Part shown: one piece after another, positions 58,379 through 64,000 of the stretch
Numbering within the stretch: position 1 is the stretch's first letter
How the letters are laid out: each line of letters starts with the position of its first letter
DNA from: Spirochaetia bacterium
Lineage (GTDB): Bacteria; Spirochaetota; Spirochaetia; UBA9216
Assembly (NCBI GenBank): GCA_963675665.1
Contig: OY776510.1
Span: 2,080,001-2,144,000 of the forward strand
DNA: 64,000 nucleotides
Direction: 5' to 3'
Made by a program: the position numbers and the translations under genes
The notes under the pieces: generated by a model
Database searches by the model: none
The model's input: only the letters and a program-made list of their open reading frames with translations
Told to the model about the DNA's origin: nothing

Positions 58379-59767
58379 ATGGCAACGGCGTTACTGATGC
58401 CCAAACAGGGTAATTCGGTTGAATCATGTATCATTCTAGAATGGGTCAAAAAAGAGGGTGATACAGTCAAGACCGGCGAGACGGTTCTTGAAGCCGAAAC
58501 AGACAAGGCTACAATAGAAGTTGAAGCTGTCTGCGACGGTACTATTCTTAAAACATATTACGATGTTGATTCGGATGTTCCGGTTCAGAAAATAATAGCA
58601 GTTATCGGTGAACCAGGAGAAGATATCAGCAGTTTTGATGTTGAGGCGGCAGCTGATGCACCGGCAGGCGCAACTGCACCCGCAGCAACTCCGGCTGAAA
58701 CAGCACAGGAACAGATTGAACCGGCGGCAGTTCAGACGGCAGCGGCCCCTAAACAGGCTGTATCTGCAGGAAGCGAAGGCGCAGCCTCTCCGAGGGCAAG
58801 AAATCTCGCCGCAGGAAAGGGTGTGGATGTGACGGCACTTGCCGGTACTGGCCCGAAAGGACGGGTTATTGAGCGTGATGTTCTGATTGCTGCAGGAGAG
58901 ACCCAGCCTCTGACGCCCGCAGCAGCTGCTGCACTGATTGAACAGGGGCTGCAGGCCCCGGTTACAGGCAGCGGTATCGGCGGCCGCGTCAGGCTTCAGG
59001 ACCTTCAGGCGGGAACTGTATCCGCTGCTTCACCAGCCGCAGCAGCCCTTGCTGCCGGAAGCAGTTTTCCGGGCGGTTTCAGGGATGAAAAGGTCAAGGG
59101 TGTACGCAAAATTACAGCAGCCCGTATGATGGAATCATTAAGTGTTACTGCACAGCTTACTCACAGCTTCAGTGCCCTTGCCGAACCTCTGCTGGCCTAC
59201 CGTAAAAAGCTTAAATCGTCGCCTGAAGAACTCGGTCTTAATAAGGTAAGCATAAACGATATTCTGATGTATGTTGTCTCAAGAGTGCTTAAAAGCTTTC
59301 CCGGGTTCAATGCGCACTGGTACGGTGATTCAATGCGCTTTTTTGACAGTGTTCACCTCGGGTTTGCATGTGATACTCCCAAGGGGCTTTTGGTTCCGGT
59401 AATTAAATTCGCCGACAGACTCAGTCTTAAGCAGCTGTCTGATGAATCAGCAAGACTTATTACCGCATGTCGTGAGGGCAAGGCTCAGCCGGAAGAGCTG
59501 ACGGGAGCTACCTTTACAATGAGCAATGTCGGATCTTTCGGTATCGACAGCTTTACTCCTATAATAAATCCGCCGGAGGTTGCAATTCTCGGTGTCTGCT
59601 CTACGCAGCTTAAACCGGTCAGGACCGAAAACGGAGTTGATTATAAGGATTACATTGGATTTTCGCTTACATATGATCACCAGGCAAATGACGGCGCCCC
59701 GGCGTCAAAATTCTGCGCAGCTGTAATCAGGGCTGTTGAGAACCTTGATTTATACCTGGCAATGTAA
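58379..59767 (+). CDS. Dihydrolipoamide acyltransferase (E2)
   Basis: Lipoyl ETDKAT; two PSBD-like repeats; TFTMSNVG, FTPIINPPEVAILG, YDHQANDGA. Confidence 0.94.
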   Translation: MATALLMPKQGNSVESCIILEWVKKEGDTVKTGETVLEAETDKATIEVEAVCDGTILKTYYDVDSDVPVQKIIAVIGEPGEDISSFDVEAAADAPAGATAPAATPAETAQEQIEPAAVQTAAAPKQAVSAGSEGAASPRARNLAAGKGVDVTALAGTGPKGRVIERDVLIAAGETQPLTPAAAAALIEQGLQAPVTGSGIGGRVRLQDLQAGTVSAASPAAAALAAGSSFPGGFRDEKVKGVRKITAARMMESLSVTAQLTHSFSALAEPLLAYRKKLKSSPEELGLNKVSINDILMYVVSRVLKSFPGFNAHWYGDSMRFFDSVHLGFACDTPKGLLVPVIKFADRLSLKQLSDESARLITACREGKAQPEELTGATFTMSNVGSFGIDSFTPIINPPEVAILGVCSTQLKPVRTENGVDYKDYIGFSLTYDHQANDGAPASKFCAAVIRAVENLDLYLAM

Positions 59768-59781
59768 CGGGAGGGCGACTG

Positions 59782-61128
59782 ATGTATGATCTTATAGTTA
59801 TTGGAGCCGGTCCGGCAGGTTATATTGCCGCCGAGAGAGCCGGTCATATGGGTAAAAAAGTCCTCATTGTTGAAAAGGAATATCTGGGCGGAGTATGCAC
59901 CAATTACGGTTGCATACCGACAAAAAGCCTTCTGAATTCGGCAAAGCATTTTGTTTACGGACAGGAAGCCGGGCAGTTCGGCGTTCACTTCGACAATCCC
60001 CGTTTTGACTTTCCCGAGGCAATGGCCTGGAAGAACGAAACGGTTGAAACTCTCAGAAAGGGAATTGCCTTTCTGATGAAACAGGGCAAGGTTGATGTTG
60101 TAATGGGCGAGGCGCAGTTTGAGTCTGCAGGCCCCGGTAATAAAAAGATAAATGTTAACGGCACAGCCTATGAAGGCAGCAATCTTCTGATTGCTACCGG
60201 TTCCACGGCCTTTGTCCCGCCGATACCGGGCGCTGACGGTCCCAATGTAGTAACAAACCGCGAGATCCTGAATCTTGAAAAGCTTCCGAAAAAGCTTGCA
60301 GTAATAGGCGGCGGAGTAATCGGCGTTGAATTTGCTTCATTTTTCAGCAGTGTAGGCGTTGAAGTTCATGTAGTGGAGATGATGGATGAGATATGCCCGA
60401 TGATGGACGGCGAAGCGGCTGAACTTCTTCGAAAGAAAATGAGCAAGGTTGATTTTCGGCTGGGCGCCAGGGTTACTGAAGTCACTGCCGACGGTGTTAA
60501 GTTTGAGAAAGACGGTTCTGAATCATTTATCAAATCTGATCTTGTTCTTGTGTCGGTAGGCAGAAAGCCAATTACAACCGGACTTGAAAACCTGGGCCTT
60601 GATATCGGCCGGGGCGGAATTGTAGTGGATGAAAGAATGCGAACTAATTTTCCAGGAGTATATGCTGCAGGTGATGTTACAGGCAAATCGCTTCTGGCCC
60701 ATTCAGCTTCCCGAATGGCCGAAGTAGCCGTAATGGATATGTTCGGCAATAACAAGGAAGGAAACCGTATGCGGTACAACGCAGTGCCCTGGGCAGTTTA
60801 TACCAACCCGGAGGTTGCCGGCTGCGGGATGACCGACACTGAAGCCAAAGAAGCAGGCTTCAATGTTAAATCGGCTTCAATGCAGATGCGCGCAAACGGA
60901 AGGTTTCTGGCTGAACACGGAAAGGACGCAGGTTTCTGCAAGGTTGTTTCAGATGCTGATACGGGGCTTGTCCTCGGAGTTCATATGATAGGGGCTGTAT
61001 GTTCCGAAATGATTGGAACAGCTGCGACCTTTATTGAGGCTGAGCTCAGGGTTCAGGACATAAGGGAGATAATTTTCCCGCATCCGTCTGTCTCCGAGAT
61101 CATTAAAGATGTTTGCTGGATAATATAA
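59782..61128 (+). CDS. lpdA: Dihydrolipoyl dehydrogenase (E3)
   Basis: GAGPAG, GGVCTNYGCIPTK, GGGVIG, PHPSVSE. Confidence 0.96.
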   Translation: MYDLIVIGAGPAGYIAAERAGHMGKKVLIVEKEYLGGVCTNYGCIPTKSLLNSAKHFVYGQEAGQFGVHFDNPRFDFPEAMAWKNETVETLRKGIAFLMKQGKVDVVMGEAQFESAGPGNKKINVNGTAYEGSNLLIATGSTAFVPPIPGADGPNVVTNREILNLEKLPKKLAVIGGGVIGVEFASFFSSVGVEVHVVEMMDEICPMMDGEAAELLRKKMSKVDFRLGARVTEVTADGVKFEKDGSESFIKSDLVLVSVGRKPITTGLENLGLDIGRGGIVVDERMRTNFPGVYAAGDVTGKSLLAHSASRMAEVAVMDMFGNNKEGNRMRYNAVPWAVYTNPEVAGCGMTDTEAKEAGFNVKSASMQMRANGRFLAEHGKDAGFCKVVSDADTGLVLGVHMIGAVCSEMIGTAATFIEAELRVQDIREIIFPHPSVSEIIKDVCWII

Positions 61129-61305
61129 ATTGTACTTCCGTGTACAATTTATATTTTCTGTTTGAGAGATTTTCTCTCTCAAACAGCTCCAGCTTATCGC
61201 CCTTCCGGGGCGAGAGATATTGGAAGTTGAACAAGCAAAGCGTGTCAAACTTTACCATAATAATCCGCCTTCCGGGGCGAAGATGTAATTTATAGGAGAT
61301 AAATT

Positions 61306-63765
61306 ATGCCTAAATCATTACCAATTGATCCTGTTGAAATCAGGAAGCCGGGAACAATAAAAATTAACGATATTCCCGTAAATAAATATAAACCCGATTT
61401 TAAGAAAGAAGAAAAGCTCTACGGAAAGGAAGGCCTTCTCGGTGTTTATTACGATATGCTGATTATCCGTGAGTTCGAGACCATGCTCGACCAGATCAAA
61501 AAGGAAGGTTCGTATCAGGGAATGGAGTATAACCATAAGGGTCCTGCTCACCTTTCCGCCGGCCAGGAGTCGGCTTCTGTAGGCCAGAGTCTTGTCCTCG
61601 ATACGGACGACTTTATTTTCGGTTCACACCGAAGCCACGGAGAAATCCTTGCCAAGTGTTTTTCCGCCATCAAAAAGCTCGATGAAAAAACACTCACCGG
61701 CGTGATGGAAAGCTTTTTCGGCGGGGAGACCCTGTCCGTTGTTGAAAAACACAACAAGGGAGAGAATGTAAAAGATCTTGCGGAGAACTTCGTTCTTTAC
61801 GGCGCCCTTGCAGAAATTTTTGCGCGCGCACAGGGCTTTAACAGGGGGCTCGGCGGATCTATGCATACATTTTTTGCGCCGTTCGGTTCAATGCCGAATA
61901 ACGCTATTGTAGGCGGAAGCGGAGATATTTCGGTAGGTTCCGCTTTATACAAGCGTGTAAACCGGAAACCCGGAATCGTTATTGCCAATATAGGCGACGC
62001 CTCGCTTGCATGCGGACCTGTCTGGGAAGGAATTGTGTTCGCTGCAATGGACCAGTACAGGACCCTCTGGGACAAGGAAATAGGCGGAGCGCCCCCGGTT
62101 ATGATAAATGCATTCAACAACTTTTACGGTATGGGCGGCCAGCCGATGGGTGAGACCATGGGTTATCGTGAAGCGGCACGTCTCGGCGCGGGTGTTAATC
62201 CGGAAGGCATGCATTCCGAGCGGGTGGACGGTTTTAATCCGCTGGCGGTTGCCGACGCAGTTTCCAGGAAGAAGAAGCTGCTTCTTGAAGGCAAGGGCCC
62301 TGTATTCATGGATACGATAACATACCGCCTTTCGGGTCACTCTCCTTCGGACACTTCAACATACCGGACCAAGGAAGAGTTTGCAGCTTTCAAGGAAAAT
62401 GATGCGCTTGACGGTTACGAGAAATATCTTAAAGAGAACGGCGTGCTTGACGACAGTACCGCCGAAGCAATGAAGGCCAGGGTTGCCAAAAAGATAGGCG
62501 ATACAATGCGCATAGCAATTGATGATTCGATATCACCGCATGTTGACGGCAGGTTTATAGAATCGGTTATGTTCTCGAATGAGCAGGCTGAAAAGCTTGA
62601 CGATCGTGAACCGGAAGTCCTGATGCCTCTTGAAGAAAACCCCAGGGTTAAGGCTAATGCACGCAAGGCGCGGTATGCATTCGATGAAAGCGGCAAACAG
62701 CTTCCGGCGTCAAAACAGTTTGTTTACAGAGACGCTCTGTTTGAAGCGGCCATTCACGGTTTCTACACGGACCCGACCCTGATTGCCTACGGCGAAGATA
62801 ACCGCGACTGGGGCGGGGCGTTCGCCGTGTACCGCGGCCTGACCGAAGCCCTTCCTTACCACCGTCTGTTTAACTCGCCGATTTCGGAGGCTTCCATAGT
62901 CGGTACGGGCGTCGGATATGCAATGAGCGGCGGTCGTGCAATGGTTGAACTGATGTACTGCGACTTCCTCGGCCGCGCCGGAGACGAGATATTCAACCAG
63001 ATGCCGAAATGGCAGGCAATGTCGGGCGGCGAGCTGAAGATGCCGCTGGTGCTGAGGGTGTCCGTCGGAAACAAGTACGGGGCACAGCACTCCCAGGACT
63101 GGTCGGCCCTTGTCGCTCATATTCCCGGACTAAAGGTAATGTTCCCGGCAACACCGTATGATGCAAAGGGCATGCTCAACCTTGCTCTGAAAAGTACCGA
63201 TCCGGTAGTGTTCTTTGAAAGCCAGAAACTGTACGGTATCGGTGAAGAATTCGAGAAGAACGGGGTTCCCGAGGGGTATTATGAAATACCTGAAGGCGAG
63301 CCTGCTGTTAAAAGAGAAGGCAAGGACATTACTATTATCACAATAGGCGCTACCTTGTATGAAGCAGTTAAGGCTGCGGACATTCTTGAGGAAAAATACG
63401 GTATGAGCGCCGAAGTTATTGATTTGAGATTTATCAACCCGCTTAACTATGATCCGATTATTGAATCCGTCAAAAAAACCGGCAAGGTACTTCTTTCCTC
63501 CGACGCGAGTGAGCGGGGTTCATACCTGCATAATGTTGCTTCAAACATCAGCCGCCTTGCGTTTGATTACCTTGACGCGCCGCCGGTTGTTGTTGGCTCC
63601 AAAAACTGGATAACTCCGCCGGCGGAAATGGAAGAGCTGTTTTTCCCGAGAGCTTCATGGCTGATTGATGCAATCAGTGAAAACATAATACCGCTTGAAG
63701 GACATGCCGGCACTTCAATTCAGACGGACGGAGAGGTTATCCGTCAGAATCGAGAGGGAGTATGA
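61306..63765 (+). CDS. TPP-dependent dehydrogenase E1 with fused alpha/beta subunits (acetoin/pyruvate dehydrogenase superfamily)
   Basis: [21 protein letters not shown]...NN TPP motif, YRLSGHS; beta NSPISE, GAQHSQ, DYLDAP. Confidence 0.92.
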   Translation: MPKSLPIDPVEIRKPGTIKINDIPVNKYKPDFKKEEKLYGKEGLLGVYYDMLIIREFETMLDQIKKEGSYQGMEYNHKGPAHLSAGQESASVGQSLVLDTDDFIFGSHRSHGEILAKCFSAIKKLDEKTLTGVMESFFGGETLSVVEKHNKGENVKDLAENFVLYGALAEIFARAQGFNRGLGGSMHTFFAPFGSMPNNAIVGGSGDISVGSALYKRVNRKPGIVIANIGDASLACGPVWEGIVFAAMDQYRTLWDKEIGGAPPVMINAFNNFYGMGGQPMGETMGYREAARLGAGVNPEGMHSERVDGFNPLAVADAVSRKKKLLLEGKGPVFMDTITYRLSGHSPSDTSTYRTKEEFAAFKENDALDGYEKYLKENGVLDDSTAEAMKARVAKKIGDTMRIAIDDSISPHVDGRFIESVMFSNEQAEKLDDREPEVLMPLEENPRVKANARKARYAFDESGKQLPASKQFVYRDALFEAAIHGFYTDPTLIAYGEDNRDWGGAFAVYRGLTEALPYHRLFNSPISEASIVGTGVGYAMSGGRAMVELMYCDFLGRAGDEIFNQMPKWQAMSGGELKMPLVLRVSVGNKYGAQHSQDWSALVAHIPGLKVMFPATPYDAKGMLNLALKSTDPVVFFESQKLYGIGEEFEKNGVPEGYYEIPEGEPAVKREGKDITIITIGATLYEAVKAADILEEKYGMSAEVIDLRFINPLNYDPIIESVKKTGKVLLSSDASERGSYLHNVASNISRLAFDYLDAPPVVVGSKNWITPPAEMEELFFPRASWLIDAISENIIPLEGHAGTSIQTDGEVIRQNREGV

Positions 63766-63810
63766 GAAGCCGGAAAATCGATAACAAACTTATAGATAAA
63801 CTTAATGCAG

Positions 63811-63842
63811 GCAGCAGGGACGAACGCGTCTCTGCTGCTTTT
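63811..63842 (+). terminator. Intrinsic terminator of the deoR-E2-E3-E1 operon
   Basis: GCAGCAGGGACG-AACG-CGTCTCTGCTGC-TTTT. Confidence 0.85.
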
Positions 63843-63934
63843 AATGTTGGAGAGCAGATAGAAAAACTTGGTCTCTATTCGGACAAGACCGACGAAGTTA
63901 ACAACCATATCCATACGACATTTTCATTCAGTCC

Positions 63935-64000
63935 CTATTCCCCGTCTATGGCTGCATTTATGGCAAGGTCTGCCGGTTTGAAGGCCGCCGGAAGCGTCGA
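63935..64000 (-). CDS. Possible 3' end of a gene extending beyond the window
   Basis: Open frame ...STLPAAFKPADLAINAAIDGE* running off the right edge. Confidence 0.35.
   Translation of the reverse strand, partial: STLPAAFKPADLAINAAIDGE

Noticed and set aside
58379-63765. Naming the operon pdhABCD or acoABCL
   Set aside because: The fused, insertion-bearing E1, atypical E2 and DeoR/SorE context do not allow a substrate to be assigned from sequence

Overview
Ordinary-looking chromosomal segment of an anaerobic bacterium, most likely a free-living spirochaete (inferred from A[SGN]G[QE]Q[DE]-type signal peptides on the solute-binding proteins and the overall gene set). Housekeeping content: tig-clpP-clpX-lon, five tRNAs, rarA, nadE, trmH and topB. 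Accessory metabolism: a TRAP transporter with IclR, TupABC under a Moco/Wco-type riboswitch, a putative sensory [FeFe]-hydrogenase module, a sigma54 operon (AllA-like cupin, sugar ABC transporter, DhaKL) with a PocR-kinase/NtrC pair, a 2-oxoacid:ferredoxin oxidoreductase, and a DeoR-led E2-E3-E1(alpha/beta fused) operon. No transposase, integrase, phage gene or CRISPR array was found. The three most notable observations are: (1) a covarying double-hairpin DNA element, single at 47457 and a 4x72-bp tandem array at 57250, abutting the -35 boxes of two promoters; (2) those two promoters share an identically phased 4-box GAAAG operator, linking a SorE-like sugar-phosphate reductase to a lipoamide-dependent TPP complex, possibly an uncharacterised ketose-cleaving pathway; (3) an apparently catalytically dead caspase-fold lipoprotein translationally coupled to an OppB/OppC pair with no ATPase or OppA. 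All calls come from reading motifs by eye; no database searches were run.
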